Assembly: GCF_006345805.1 (NCBI RefSeq)
Contig: NC_043020.1
Coordinates: 18,104,001-18,168,000 of the forward strand
Length of the DNA: 64,000 bases
DNA from: Octopus sinensis
Lineage: Eukaryota
Reading direction: 5' to 3'
The notes under the pieces: model-generated
Seen by the model: only the letters and a program-made list of their open reading frames with translations
What the model was told of the DNA's origin: nothing
Databases searched by the model: none
In this document: piece by piece, positions 25,700 to 39,933 of the stretch
Position numbering within the stretch: position 1 is the first letter of the stretch
How the letters are laid out: each line of letters opens with the position of its first letter
Made by a program: the position numbers and the translations under genes

Positions 25700-27613
25700 A
25701 CAGTTCTTTTTGTTTCTGGGTAAGACATACAACTATACGTGGATCTATTTCATTTTAACTGTTGGGTGTAGCTATCAGATCATTTGTAGACCACCTGGTG
25801 AAAACCGGAAACCACTCCAATATAGGCCTTGCCTAGATAAATATTAATAGATGCTTTTATCTACAACATGACCCAGAGTTATCTTCAACTTAGTGGCACA
25901 CAGACATACATAAATTAAAAACTATGAACACAATAGTCAAAAGATCACACAAAACACTAGAGTTACAAAAGTTCCGTGGTCATGTGACTTGGTAGAGATA
26001 GCAGTCAAATTTTATTTAGCATCTTAAGAAGGATATGACAACACACCAGCATGTTCTCGGCTTTTTGTGGCTAAGTACCCTTTTTTTATGGAATGGTCTT
26101 TTACAAACACACTCCTCTCCATGTTTTGAAGTGAAAAAGAAAAAACAAAACAAATTATTTTACTACACTATCATTTATGGTTCGTTCTTTTAACGTTTAT
26201 CTTTTACTTGTTTCAGTCATTAGACTGGCCATTTTGGGGTACCGTCTTGAAGAATCTTTAGTTGGACAAACTGACCCCAGTACTTTTTTCTGAAGTTTCG
26301 TACTTATTCTATCAGTTTCCGTCTACCAAATCCACTTACAAGGCTTTGGTCAGCCCAAGGCTATAATAAAAGACACTCACTTAAGGTGCCACAAAGTGGG
26401 ATTGAAACTGGAACCATGTGGTTGGGAAGCAAGCTTCTTACCACACACAGCCACACCTGATTCATTATTCACATTGCCTTATACTATCCAACCCTACATG
26501 AACTTCATTTTAGTTATGTGCATGGACTAGTGGACCCTATGATAAATCTTTTATCTATTTTACCATGTCAGCATGCCTAGGAAAGGGATTAATTCTGAAG
26601 TGGGATTTTATGGTCAAATGCACCTCCTGTTGCTAGCCTTTGCCCATTTTTCAGATAAATAATACCACCTCCACTGCTAATATTTAATTTTTAATTATTA
26701 TTTGGTTAAAAATTTTATTTCTAAGAAAAATCACAATAACCTCTACCCAGGGCTCTTTCATACCATCCCATTAACATTTACAACAACCCTGAGAGCTCAC
26801 AAAAGACAAAGGAAATGTTACCACTGAAGTTTAAGATCCACTGCTTTAGATAATGCAGTCATATATATCCAGGAAGAAAAAAAACTATATACTTGGATGG
26901 TCATAAGTGGAATGAACTTGATCATAGATCTCAATGATTGAGGCTGACCTAGGATTAAACAACCAGTTTCACTATGATAGACTAATGTGATCGAATAACT
27001 CAAAGTCAGTGGTAAATCCACAATGCGCTGGGTACCTATAGATAAAAGAAATTACTTTATTTACCTCAAACTATAAACATATTCTTTCAATTTATCATAG
27101 CTTAACAATGAAATCTTTGGTCAGCAAGTGTTCTCCGCCGTTCTTTAATCTCAGGTCAACTCTGAGTGAGCAGAAGACCTATGATCAAAAGTATTCCAGG
27201 CATGCCTATTCCTCTTCTCCTGCCCTAGGCATAGTACATCTAGGTATACATATTATCCAATGTGCTCTTCTTTTTTCAAGACTTTAAAATGAAAGTCTAA
27301 TTAATTTGACTGCTGTTTCTAGCAGGGCAAGCAACCATTATGTTGATGGGTGGGGTTGGTAGTTGGATATCAAGTGAGGACCACAGAGATAGATTTAAAA
27401 GCAAAACTTGCATGTCTTCAATCCAAAATCTGACAGAAAACTAAATACAAAAACATACAACAGGTTGCTCTAGCTCGTTGATAAATATTTTAATCCGTAT
27501 CTTCAAAGAGTTCCCTATTATATATCAATAAATTATCTTCTCTCTCACACACACACACATGCATTCACATCACATACATCTACATAAAAGCTTCTTTTAA
27601 GCATGATCGTTTA

Positions 27614-29400
27614 TAATAATTGGTGCAAAAATAACTGTGGTTTTGTTATTTAAATTTTGATGCGTATTTTCAAATAAACCTTTATTTAACTGTGTTTATG
27701 TAATATAACCATTCTGAAGTGCAGACTTCAGTCTATTGATTTATGCTAATGGTTTTTGCTTTTACTATTTATTCTTGTTTTATTTTAGGCTGTCAAGTGA
27801 AAGATAAGGGGGAAAAAAATTCTAGTGATTTTATTGTTTGAATTTTAAAACAAAATGCAAACTGGCATTGGCAGAAAAATGCTCACAATATCAAACCAAA
27901 CATTTGGACAAGGGACTACCAATACAAAGACAGTTCAACATTGGTTCCAAAATTTCATAGGGGAGATGAGGGGTTTGAAGATGAAGATTGTGAATGGCCT
28001 TCTGCAATTGACAAAAGTTAAATGAAGGCCATCATCGAAGGGGACCCATGCAAAACAATGAAAAGTAACAGAAGATATGTAAAAAAAACAGAATACCATT
28101 CAAGAGTTGTTACATTTCCACTACAACAGAAACTTAAATCAGCTCAATAAATGTGTTGGCCATACAAAAAAAAAAAAGAAAAGAAAGAAAAAAAGAAATC
28201 ATTATTCTGAAGCCTGCCCATGTTTTGTACAATAAAAGTAATCCCTTTTTTAACCCTTTACCTTTCAGATTACACTGTGTAATAAAATTAAAAAAATTTT
28301 TTTTTTGTCTTTGGTCAGTAAGTGTTATATCCTATTTGCTCTCCTACTTAGAAATCAAAGGAAATCACTATGTTCCCTTCAAACTTTGCTTTTGTGACCT
28401 GGGCATCAATGTTTTGAAACTGACCTGTTTTTCTACTACACTTGAGACAGATTCAGCATTGAGTTGCTGAAGCAGAAATATCATTATAGCAAATATTCAG
28501 CTCAATCCGACAGATATGCTTGTCAGTTGCTTGACCTTAACCTTGAGGTTGTCCCTTAGTGGCTGATAATATGTTCATCTCTGATCATGAGATGAGCATC
28601 ATAGCTATGTGCCAAGAGGGATTCTTTGGGGGTTTGAATAGATGTAAGGAAAGCAAAGTTTGAAGGAAATATTAGCCATTTTTCATGCTTTCCAGGGGTA
28701 AGCAAATAGGAAATAACAGCTGCTACCCCAAAAACAAAAATTGTGTCAGACAGTGTTATTCTGACAAATATAATGCTTATTTATTCATGTTTGTTCTGAA
28801 TTAATCATGCATTACCAATATCTTCAAGATTTCAATGTGATTGTTTATTTTTAGGATGAGATTTTGCAATAGGTGAGGGAGACTGGACTGGCTGGTTGAA
28901 CATATAAAACAGGTAGAATATTTAGGCCAGAAATGGTCAGTTGAGATGCCAAGGGGTTAACAGCATTCAGGTATGTGGTAACAGATGTCTTCTATAGAAT
29001 GGCTGATGGCATTCTGCACAGGGGCTGAGAAAAAGTGAAGAACTAAAACACTTTCCCAAACCAAAGCTACATAAAAAAAGTCACTAATTGGTTGTCATCA
29101 AGCATTTGTCAATTAAAAGACCAATTCTTCTCCATGATGCTGACCATGTTTTGTAAATGACTGCAGAAATTGAATATACTAACACCCAGCTTTCCCCTTT
29201 GACCAACTACCATATTTCTTAACCTTTGTCCTAAAGAAGGTCTTTGACAATCAAACAACAGCTCAAAACACTTTACAAGAATCCCCTGGTTCCTGGACTT
29301 CAGAAGTCTATGTTACACAAATAAGTAGATCTGTTTCTCACTGGCAAAAATATATCAATTCTAATGGTTGTTGTTTTTTTAACAACTGCAAATTATTCTG
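27614..29400 (+). mobile_element. Degenerate mariner (Tc1/mariner) transposon split by later insertions
   Basis: TIR-like attggtgcaaaaataactgtggtttt at ~27620. N-terminal remnants NQTFGQGTTNTKTVQHWFQNF / GDEGFEDED..WPSAID..*MKAIIEGDP at ~27890-28060. C-terminal remnants SAQGLRKSEELKHFPKPKLHKK, RPILLHD and VSHWQKYINSNG at ~29010-29375. Many stops and frameshifts; ~28160-28960 is intervening repeats. Confidence 0.82.
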
Positions 29401-29674
29401 AGCTGAGAGATAGTATTTTGAGGTACCAGTCTGATGCTATTTGTTTTGAACTTACTGAATATGCAAAATTGATTCCACAATGTAACTTAATGGAGTTTTT
29501 GCTAATAAGCTCAGACATGGCTGTGGGGTTAAAGAAGCTCACTTTACAAACATGTTTTAAGGTTCAGTCCCACTGTGAGGCATCTTGGGTAAGCTCCACC
29601 CCAGCCAATGCCTTGTGAGTGAAATTAGGAGACGGAAACTTTTAGAAGCCTGTCGTGTGTATATATATCATCAT

Positions 29675-29705
<31 letters not shown>

Positions 29706-32700
29706 GGTGTGCCTTTGTGTTTGTCCCTGCCCCTGTTTGACAACCAGTGTTGGTTTGTTTACATGCACTTAGCTTAGTGGCTCAACAGGAAAGACCAACA
29801 AAACAAGTACCAGACATTGGGGGTAATAATGGGGTGCTGGTTGGCAATGCCCACCTACTTACTATTCGCAGGTTTAGAAATTAGGGCTTAAAAATTGGTC
29901 TATATAAAGTTGCTTGAAGCTGGTTTTCTTAAGAACAAAGAAGAAAAATAAACAGAAAAAAAAATGAAAAGGTTACTGATGAAGCTGGTCACAAAATTTC
30001 CAGGGGAATTCCCTAGAAAGATATATTACTGACCAAAAGCAATGTCAACAGCAATAATAGTGACAAGAGCAGAAGTAACAACAAAATTAAAAGAATATAT
30101 ATACATACACAAACACATGTGTGTTGCTGTATCTCATGGTTTTGAGATTTTAATGATGTGATTGTTTGTTTAGAGTGACACTGTAGAATAGGTGTGAGAG
30201 GCCAGATCTGGGTAGTTTATACACCAAGCTGAATAATTTGGGCCAGATATGGCTGATTTAAGTGCCAAAAGATTAAAATGGTCTAAATTATAATCTTCCA
30301 CCAAAATTTTGCGCTAATTTGTTCCAGACCCCAGTTTAACAACAAGGAAGTTATTTTGCTAAATTCAGTGCATGGCTTATAGTTAGGGCTTTCAGCTCAC
30401 AATCATAAGGAAAAGGAGTCGTACCGGCAATTCAAAGGGTCAGCCATGTCACATTGTGTCATGCTGAATCTCCCTGAGAACTACATTAAGGGTACAGGTG
30501 TCTGTGGAGTACTCGACCACTTGCATGTTAATTTCACAAGTAGGTTGTTCCATAGATTGGATCAACTGGAACCCTCATCATGGTACCCAACGAAATGATA
30601 GTGGCAGTAAAAAAATTAATTGAAACAAAAGCAGCGGTTTATATCTCTTAGTTCTTAGTTTTCCTCTATGATGAGAAATATCCTAAGTTAACAAACCAGC
30701 TTTTAACCATTTATTCCACATGTTGATACTGGCAGAAACAGATGAGCAAATGACACGTTCTCTGTGGGCTTCAGACCTTCACTAGAGAATTTTGTGCGAT
30801 TTAAAATATTTGTGGCTTTAACTCTTTAGCATTCAGATCATTATGTCAAATATAATCTTTATTTATTCTCATTGTTTTAAATTAATCATGCATTATCTTG
30901 TATCTGCACAATGTCAATGATGTGAATATTTACTTTTAGAATGACATTGTAGGGTAAGTATAAGAGGCCAGATGTGGCTGGTTTGAGCATAAAACAGGAA
31001 GAATATTTGATATGGCTGGTTTGAATGCCAAAAGGTTAAAATATTTGCAGCTGATAGGTTTTAGCATCACAATTTGTTTTATTTTTGCTATTATATGTAT
31101 CAAGAGCAGTGCTCCCACAACCGGTCTGGCACAAGACGATGCTAGGTGTGCTGCAGTGTAACCTGAATATAATTCTTTTCTCCCATACACAGGCACAGGA
31201 GTGGCTGTGTGGTAAGTAACTTGCTTACCAACCACATGGTTCCGGGTTCAGTCCCAATGCGCGGCACCTTTGGCAAGCTGACAAAAGCTTTGTGAATGGA
31301 TTTGGTAGATGAATGTAATTGACTTAGACCCACGGAAAGAAAGAAGATTAACAGTAGACTATTACAAAAGGAAGTTACTGGTCCTTGCCCTGTGCAATTG
31401 TTTGACTTCCTAGCTGTAACAGCCAAATCTGCATGACACCTTCAGCAAGTGTCTTCTACTATAGCTTAAGGCCATCCAAAATTTTGTGGGTAGATGTCAT
31501 CATTATCATCATCTTCGTTAAGCGTCTGCTTTCCATGCTAGCATGGGTTGGATGGTTCAACTGGGGTCTGGGAAGCCAGAAGGCTGCACCAGGCCCAGTC
31601 TGATCTGGCAATGTTTCTGTGGCTGGATGCCCTTCCTAACGCCAACCACTCCGTGAGTGTAGTGGGTGCCTTTTACGTGCCTCCGACAAAGGTGCCAGAC
31701 GAGGCTGGCAACAGCCACAATCGGATGGTGCTTTTTACGTGCCACCGGCATGAGGCCAGTCGGGGTGGCGCTGGCAACAGCCACGTTCGGATGGTTCTCT
31801 TACGTACCACCGGCACTGGTATGATGGACAGAAACTGAAAGAAGTCCATGTGTGCATGTATCTATGTATCTTTATGTCTGTGTTGGTCCACCACCACCAC
31901 CACTTAACAACCAGTGCTGGTATGTTTATGCCCCTGTAACTTAGCAGTTGGGCAAAAGAAACCAATAGAATAAGTACCAGGCTAAAAAGAAACTAAGTAC
32001 TAGGGTAAATTCATTCAACGAAACTACTTCAAGGAGGTGCTCCAGCATGACTGCAGCCTGATGACTGAAACAAGTAAAAGAATCAGATAATGTAGCGTAT
32101 GGACTAGAGAAAAAAGAAAAGGCAGAACTGGAAAACCTTTGATCCGATATCAGCCTGATCAGGCACAGCCAACATGGGAACCACCATGCAGTCATGCTAC
32201 TAGAAACAACTGCCAAATGTCTCCCAGATCATGTGTGCTTCCTTTTCTTAAGATCATATGTGTTATGAAAGAGATTTGGCTGCTATTTCTAGTTGGTTGA
32301 GGAAATATATAGTTTCCTTCGTTATTAATTCTTTCTAAATTTTGGTACAATGCCAGCAATTTTAGGGGAGAGGGTTAAGTTGACTATAAATGGTATTTCC
32401 TCTATTGACCCTGAAAGGAAGACAAACAATGTTGACCTTGGTGGCATTTGAACTCAGAACGCAAAGAATCACAAGAAATGATGCCAAGTACTTTGTCTGG
32501 GCACAGTAATGATTTTTCCAGTTAGGTGGCTCTTCATAAATCCTTTTTACTCGACAATGGCCATGCTGGAGTACTGACTTCAAAAGATTTAGTTGGAGAA
32601 ACTGATCCCAGGATTTATTCTTTGTCAGCCTAGTAATTATTCTATCAAGTCTCCCTTGCTGAACTGCTAAGTAACAGGGGGGGGGGGGGACACACAACGG

Positions 32701-33391
32701 GCTTGTTTCAGTTTCTGTCTACAAAATCTACTCACAAGGCATAAGGGTTGATTTGGAGTTAAGCAACGACATCAACAGAAATTTCCAGTATTCAACTGGT
32801 TCTTGTTCTATCAACCTATAAATGGATGAAAGGTGAAGTTGACCTCACCCTAGTGCTATAGCAAAAGACACCTGACCAAAGTGTTGCACAGTGGGACTGG
32901 ATTTGAAATCAAGTGGTTGTAATGTGGGTTTCCTAAACCACGCAATCATGCCTGTGACTATTTCTTTTATTCTTTTGCTTCTTTCAGTCATTTGACTGCA
33001 GCCATGCTGGAGCATCACCTTGAGAGGTTTTAGTCAAACAAATCAACTTCAGAACTTATTTTTTAAACCTAGTACTTATTCTATCAATCTCTTTTGCTGA
33101 ACCGCTAAGTAACGGGGACATAGACACACCAATACCGGCTGTCAAGCAGAGATAGAAACAAACACAGACACAAATGCGCACACACACATAGATGTAGACA
33201 TATGCATACGATAGGCTTCTTTCAGTTTCCATCTACCAAATCCACTCACAAGGCTTTGGTCAGTCTGAGGCTATAGTTGAAGACATTGGCCTAAGGTGCC
33301 ACATAGTGAGACTGAACCCAGAACCATGTGGTTTGGAAAGCAAGCTTCCCAACCACAACAATTTTTTAAATATATAATTCTACGTTAGATA

Positions 33392-33701
33392 GGTGGCACA
33401 TAAAAAGCACCATCCGAACGTGGCCGATGCCAGCGCCGCCTCGACTAGCTTCTGTGCCGGTGGTACGTTAAAAGCACCAACCAATCGTGGCCGATGCCAG
33501 ACTCCCCTGGCACCTGTGCCAGTGGCACGTAAAAGGCACCCACTACACTCGCGGAGTGGTTGGCGTTAGGAAGGGCATCCAGCTGTAGAAACACTGCCAG
33601 ATCAGACTGGAGCCTGGTGCAGCCCCTGGCTTCCCAGACCCCGGTCGAACCGTCCAACCCGTGCTAGCACGGAAAACGGACGTTAAACGATGATGATGAT
33701 G
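33392..33701 (+). mobile_element. Family C retroposon ((GAT)n-tailed, RTE-associated type) with an 18-bp TSD
   Basis: TSD ataattctac(g/a)ttagata at 33374-33391 and 33702-33719. Contains gtggttggcgttaggaagggcatccagctgtagaaac and ends cgttaaacgatgatgatgat. Other copies at ~1375-1550, ~18357-18700, ~31500-31820, ~42760-42965 and ~43950-44195. Confidence 0.85.
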
Positions 33702-34380
33702 ATAATTCTACATTAGATATTACGAGCTCTAATGATTTGAAATGAAAGAGCAACAGACTTGTAACTGATGATACTAAGACCACGTGTTTATCACTTGTTT
33801 TAATGTTGAAACATGAAAAAAATATCACAAGTGAGAGGTTTCAACTGCCTCCTCAGCCAATAGACTCTTGTACATCTGCTACGTTTCAAGCACTGGCTGC
33901 TTGTCAATCTGCCAGAAATGCCACACACACCCACACTCAAGTACATGCACACACGCATGCAGACACATAAATAAAACCTCTCTGTATACATGTTGCCTTG
34001 CACTATGTACACACTAATGACTTGCATACCAACTCTCGTTTCTTATATTGCCAGAGATAGAAGAAGAAAAAGAAAAAAAATCCAGTCAGTTTATAAATTA
34101 ACGTAATTAAATAACTACAGACAATTAGGGTGACAAAGAGTTAATGGTTCAAATGTTGGTGAGTCCTATCCAGCCCATACATTCTCCCTATTGTATATTC
34201 AAACTGGCCATATGTGGCCTCTCACATCCAGCCTACAATGTCACTGCAGAAATAAACAATCACATAATCAAAATCTTGAAGTTACAAGATAATTAATGCA
34301 TGATTAATCCAAAACATTATGAATAAATAAGCATAACATTTAACAGAGTAACCTGAATGCTAAAGGGTTAAAATTCCACA

Positions 34381-34760
34381 GATGTAGGAGTGGCTGTGTG
34401 GTAAATAGCTTGCTTATGAACCACATGGTTCTGGGTTCAGTCCCACTGCATGGCACCTTGGGTGAGTGTCTTCTATAGCCTCAGGCCGACCAAAGCCTTG
34501 TGAGTGGATTTGGTAGACGGAAACTGAAAGAAGCCCGTCATATATATGTATATATATGTGTGTGTGTCTGTGTTTGTCTCCCCAACATCGCTTGACAACC
34601 GATGCTGGTGTGTTTACGTCCCCGTGACTTAGCGGTTCGTCAAAAGAGACCGATGGAATAAGTACTAGGCTTACAAAGAATAAGTCCTGGGGTCGATTTG
34701 CTCGACTAAAGGCGGTGCTCCAGCATGGCCACAGTCAAATGACTGAAACAAGTAAAAGAG
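34381..34760 (+). mobile_element. Full-length tRNA-derived SINE, family A (octopus OR-like / CORE-like)
   Basis: A box tggctgtgtgg, B box ggttcagtccc, ccttgggNNagtg core-like motif, internal (TA)/(TG) microsatellite and gtaaaaga tail. Dozens of more decayed copies occur across the window (e.g. ~18170-19000, ~22930-23280, ~32960-33360, ~48745-49120, ~57970-58330). Confidence 0.85.
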
Positions 34761-35099
34761 GGGTACTCCATCCAGCTGTCAAATAGATTCCATAGAGATG
34801 TTCAGAAAGCATGAGACAGTTTATTGTTTGTTGGTGAAAGCTGGCAGATGGAAACAGTATGTAACTGACAATAGCATACACCACTGGGGTTCAAATCCAG
34901 TTTACAGATGAAAAGAGATAACCTGTGGTGCATGTGTGTTGTTTTTGTATACAAGGTGCTGTGAAAGGGCTTTGGAATAGGAATTCTCTGATAAACTGGA
35001 ACCAGATTACACACACTGTAGCTCACAGCAACACCTGGTAAACAGTCCTGGATAAAACTAAAATTAAGAAGAATAAAATAAAAGAATATCTTGAAAATA

Positions 35100-35606
35100 T
35101 AAGTCTTAAGTCAACTGTAATCACTCTCTCTCTCTCTTTCACAACACACACACACACACACACTTATACAGTGCCCCATTAGTCCATTCTGATTTTGGAA
35201 GGTAACAAATAATTAAAATTCAATTAAAAGATCATTTCTGTCTTTGTCAAAGAAATATAAAAATAAAAAATAAATGATCAGTGATAAAACTGTGTATATG
35301 TGTATGTATGTATATACATGTGTGTATGTGTGCATGTACAAAGGGAGCCAACATTTCTATCATCATCATCATCATCATCCTCATCATCATCATTGCAGTC
35401 ATCAATATTACTACAAAGTCTCCCAGCTGCAATATTTAAGAGCTGAGAAAGAGGAAATGCATTGACTGCTATCAATTGTGAAAGGGACACAAGTGCCTGG
35501 AGAGAAAGTGAGTGAGAGGGAGTTCGTGCATACATGCATGCGCGTGCGTGCGTGCGTGTGTGAGTGAGTGCCTATGTCTAGTTGTGAGTCTGTGCAGGCA
35601 CATGTG

Positions 35607-35647
<41 letters not shown>

Positions 35648-36065
35648 TGCATATGTGTGTAGTAATGTGCTGAGTGAAGAGGTCAGCCATAATAACTAAC
35701 AGCCTCTGGACATAACACAACCACTCTTGAAATCAATGAGGTGACAGTCAGCTTAGAAGAGTGGTAGGAGAGAGATAGCCAGATAGCTAAATAGACAAAC
35801 AGATAGATAGAGAGAGAGAGAGCGCGCGGAGAGAGAGAGAGAGAGGGGGGGACAGTCAGGTAGAGAGGTAGAGAGGGAGTAAGACAAGAGGCAGGCAGGC
35901 AGACAGACAGTCAGAAAGACAGGCAGAAGAGTAGGACATATAAAAGTGGGGAGGGGAGGGCAGATGAGGTGGAGAGAAAGAGAATGGAAGAGAGAAAGAG
36001 AGAAGAAATGCTGGTGACTGCAGACATCATATTTTCAAGTCACTGGCTCTACTTCTCTTTCTCTT

Positions 36066-36147
<82 letters not shown>

Positions 36148-36200
36148 AATGCAAATACATACACATAAATACACACACACACACACACACACTGAAGCTG
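35100..36200. repeat. Dense compound microsatellite region: (CT)n, (CA)n, (CAT)n, (TG)n, (GA)n
   Basis: Directly visible simple repeats. They account for the many low-complexity ORFs in the track. Confidence 0.9.
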
Positions 36201-36320
36201 TACTCACTAAACAGTGCTACAGCTATCAGTAGGATTGGTGGTTGCTATGGCAGCAACAGTAGTAGTGGTGATGGTGGAAATGGGGAAGAGAGAAGGGAGA
36301 ATGGGAGACAGTGAATGTGT

Positions 36321-36351
<31 letters not shown>

Positions 36352-36948
36352 GAGGGAAGGAGAGAGAGGAGGGAAGGAGAGACAGCATGGACGTTCAGTG
36401 AACACAAATAGCAATCAGAACATCATGTTAATGCCAACTGAAGTAGGAACCAACCAGCTTGGGAAATTGGTAAGAAAAGAGAGGGAGGGAAAGAATAAGA
36501 GAGAGAGAGAGAGAGAAAGTGTATGAGAGAGAGAGAGAGAGAATGTGAGAGTGGCAGAAAGAGGAGAATGTGAGAGGCATAGAAAGAGAGACATATAGAT
36601 AGATAGATAGAAAGATGTCAGGGAAAGAATGAGGTGAGGAAAAAGCTAAGTGATAAAAACAAATTTAGAGAGCTGAACATTTGTACTAAACTAAAAACAG
36701 TTGTTTACTATGGATAGAGTTGATAAAATAGTTTAAAGAGAGAGAGAGAGTAGAAAACAGGTTATATTACTCTGAAGAATTTTTGAAAAAGTAAAGTTGA
36801 GGCACTAATGAAAGTAGTAAGGAGAAAGACTCCCAAGGAAATGATCTTGTATGGTTAAGTGCAGTTTAACCATCAAGGTATTTTGCTTAAGAAATCTGAG
36901 AGAAGAGCAGCGTATGTGCAGATGCATACATTTGCGCCTCCTCACCTA

Positions 36949-37009
<61 letters not shown>

Positions 37010-38792
37010 AGGTGCACAGACACACACACACATACAAAGTGAAAGAGAGAAATTGATTTGCATAGATTTGACAGAAATACATAGCAGTACAGTGTTACAT
37101 GATGGAACTGGTAAGTAAATACAGTAGTCAGAAATAGCCACCAGCAGATATATATATATATATATATATACACATACACACATAAATATATACCCACACA
37201 CACACACATACATTATGTGTGTCTATGCACGTGCACGCATGCATGCACACTCACTCACTTACACGTGCATCTTCCTAACGCATCTCCCTAGCATTTCAAG
37301 TTTCTATACAATCTGTGTAGATAGGCATGGACCAGACAATAGTATTTTTGTCTGTTTGCTTCTCCCCCCCCTTTTTTTTACCAAATGAAGAAGAGACCAG
37401 GTGTGCTTAATAAACATTCAAAACTGAATGAATAAGACAATTTGTTTGACATCTAATTCACAATGTCTTCTTTTATACTCATTGCTAAAATGAAACACCA
37501 TTTTTTTTTTCTCCCCCATCTTGCAAAGGCCCTAATGAAGCCTCCCCACCGCTGTGGTTCATTCAAGGCTAGAAACAGACAATCAGTGACAACTTACTCT
37601 GCTATGTGGCACAAGTAAATTGGACACAAACCCAGTCTGTCAACAGTGCTGATAATAATTAACGATTTTTAGTTTTGACATAATGATCAGAAATTTCAGA
37701 GGAGTGGGGATGGTATCAATAAACTCGAACATGGTGTATTACTGGTATATATTTTTATCAACTCTCAGAAAGAAGGAAGACAAAGTTACTCTTAGCAGCA
37801 TATATCTTTATACTTGCTTCAGTCATTAGACTGTGGCCATGCTGGGGCAACACCTTGAAGAAGTTTAGTCGAATGAATTAACTCGAGTAATTCATTTTAT
37901 TTTTAAGCCTCGTATTTATTCTATCAGTCTCTTTTGCCAAACTGCTAAGTTACAGGGGGGCAAACACACCAGCATTGGTTGTCAAGTGGTGGTGGTGAGG
38001 ATAATCACACACACACACACTGAAGCTGTACTCACTAAACAGTGCTACAGCTATCAGTAGGATTGGTGGTTGCTATGGCAGCAACAGTAGTAGTGGTGAT
38101 GGTGGAAATGGGGAAGAGAGAAGGGAGAATGGGAGACAGTGAATGTGTGTTTGTGTGTGAGAGAGAGAGAGAGAGAACGATAGAGAGAGAGAGAGGAGGG
38201 AAGGAGAGAGAGGAGGGAAGGAGAGACAGCATGGACGTTCAGTGAACACAAATAGCAATCAGAACATCATGTTAATGCCAACTGAAGTAGGAACCAACCA
38301 GCTTGGGAAATTGGTAAGAAAAGAGAGGGAGGGAAAGAATAAGAGAGAGATAGAGAGAGAAAGTGTATGAGAGAGAGAGAGAGAAAATGTGAGAGTGGCA
38401 GAAAGAGGAGAATGTGAGAGGCATAGAAAGAGAGACATATAGATAGATAGATAGAAAGATGTCAGGGAAAGAATGAGGTGAGGAAAAAGCTAAGTGATAA
38501 AAACAAATTTAGAGAGCTGAACATTTGTACTAAACTAAAAACAGTTGTTTACTATGGATAGAGTTGATAAAATAGTTTAAAGAGAGAGAGAGAGTAGAAA
38601 ACAGGTTATATTACTCTGAAGAATTTTTGAAAAAGTAAAGTTGAGGCACTAATGAAAGTAGTAAGGAGAAAGACTCCCAAGGAAATGATCTTGTATGGTT
38701 AAGTGCAGTTTAACCATCAAGGTATTTTGCTTAAGAAATCTGAGAGAAGAGCAGCGTATGTGCAGATGCATACATTTGCGCCTCCTCACCTA

Positions 38793-38853
<61 letters not shown>

Positions 38854-39864
38854 AGGTGCACAGACACACACACACATACAAAGTGAAAGAGAGAAATTGA
38901 TTTGCATAGATTTGACAGAAATACATAGCAGTACAGTGTTACATGATGGAACTGGTAAGTAAATACAGTAGTCAGAAATAGCCACCAGCAGATATATATA
39001 TATATATATATATACACATACACACATAAATATATACCCACACACACACATACATTATGTGTGTCTATGCACGTGCACGCATGCATGCACACTCACTCAC
39101 TTACACGTGCATCTTCCTAACGCATCTCCCTAGCATTTCAAGTTTCTATACAATCTGTGTAGATAGGCATGGACCAGACAATAGTATTTTTGTCTGTTTG
39201 CTTCTCCCCCCCCCTTTTTTTTTACCAAATGAAGAAGAGACCAGGTGTGCTTAATAAACATTCAAAACTGAATGAATAAGACAATTTGTTTGACATCTAA
39301 TTCACAATGTCTTCTTTTATACTCATTGCTAAAATGAAACACCATTTTTTTTTTCTCCCCCATCTTGCAAAGGCCCTAATGAAGCCTCCCCACCGCTGTG
39401 GTTCATTCAAGGCTAGAAACAGACAATCAGTGACAACTTACTCTGCTATGTGGCACAAGTAAATTGGACACAAACCCAGTCTGTCAACAGTGCTGATAAT
39501 AATTAACGATTTTTAGTTTTGACATAATGATCAGAAATTTCAGAGGAGTGGGGATGGTATCAATAAACTCGAACATGGTGTATTACTGGTATATATTTTT
39601 ATCAACTCTCAGAAAGAAGGAAGACAAAGTTACTCTTAGCAGCATATATCTTTATACTTGCTTCAGTCATTAGACTGCGGCCATGCTGGGGCAACACCTT
39701 GAAGAAGTTTAGTCGAATGAATTAACTCGAGTAATTCATTTTATTTTTAAGCCTCGTATTTATTCTATCAGTCTCTTTTGCCAAACTGCTAAGTTACAGG
39801 GGGGCAAACACACCAGCATTGGTTGTCAAGTGGTGGTGGTGAGGATAATCACACACACACACAC
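36193..39864. repeat. ~1.83-kb near-identical tandem duplication (36193-38020 and 38021-~39864)
   Basis: Both copies start tgaagctgtactcactaaacagtg and end gtcaagtggtggtggtgaggataatc(AC)n. They differ in microsatellite lengths and a few substitutions (e.g. T37834 vs C39678). Confidence 0.95.
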
Positions 39865-39887
39865 ATATATATATATATGCATGTGTG

Positions 39888-39933
<46 letters not shown>

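Noticed and set aside
34381-34460. tRNA-like A and B boxes here and at many other sites
   Set aside because: These are SINE heads that continue into SINE bodies and do not close a cloverleaf, so they are not tRNA genes.
36007-36050. MLVTADIIFS resembles the REV3L start MFSVRIVTADYY
   Set aside because: Wrong strand, lies inside intron 2, and lacks the downstream VP..RIFG.TP.G motif. Chance similarity.
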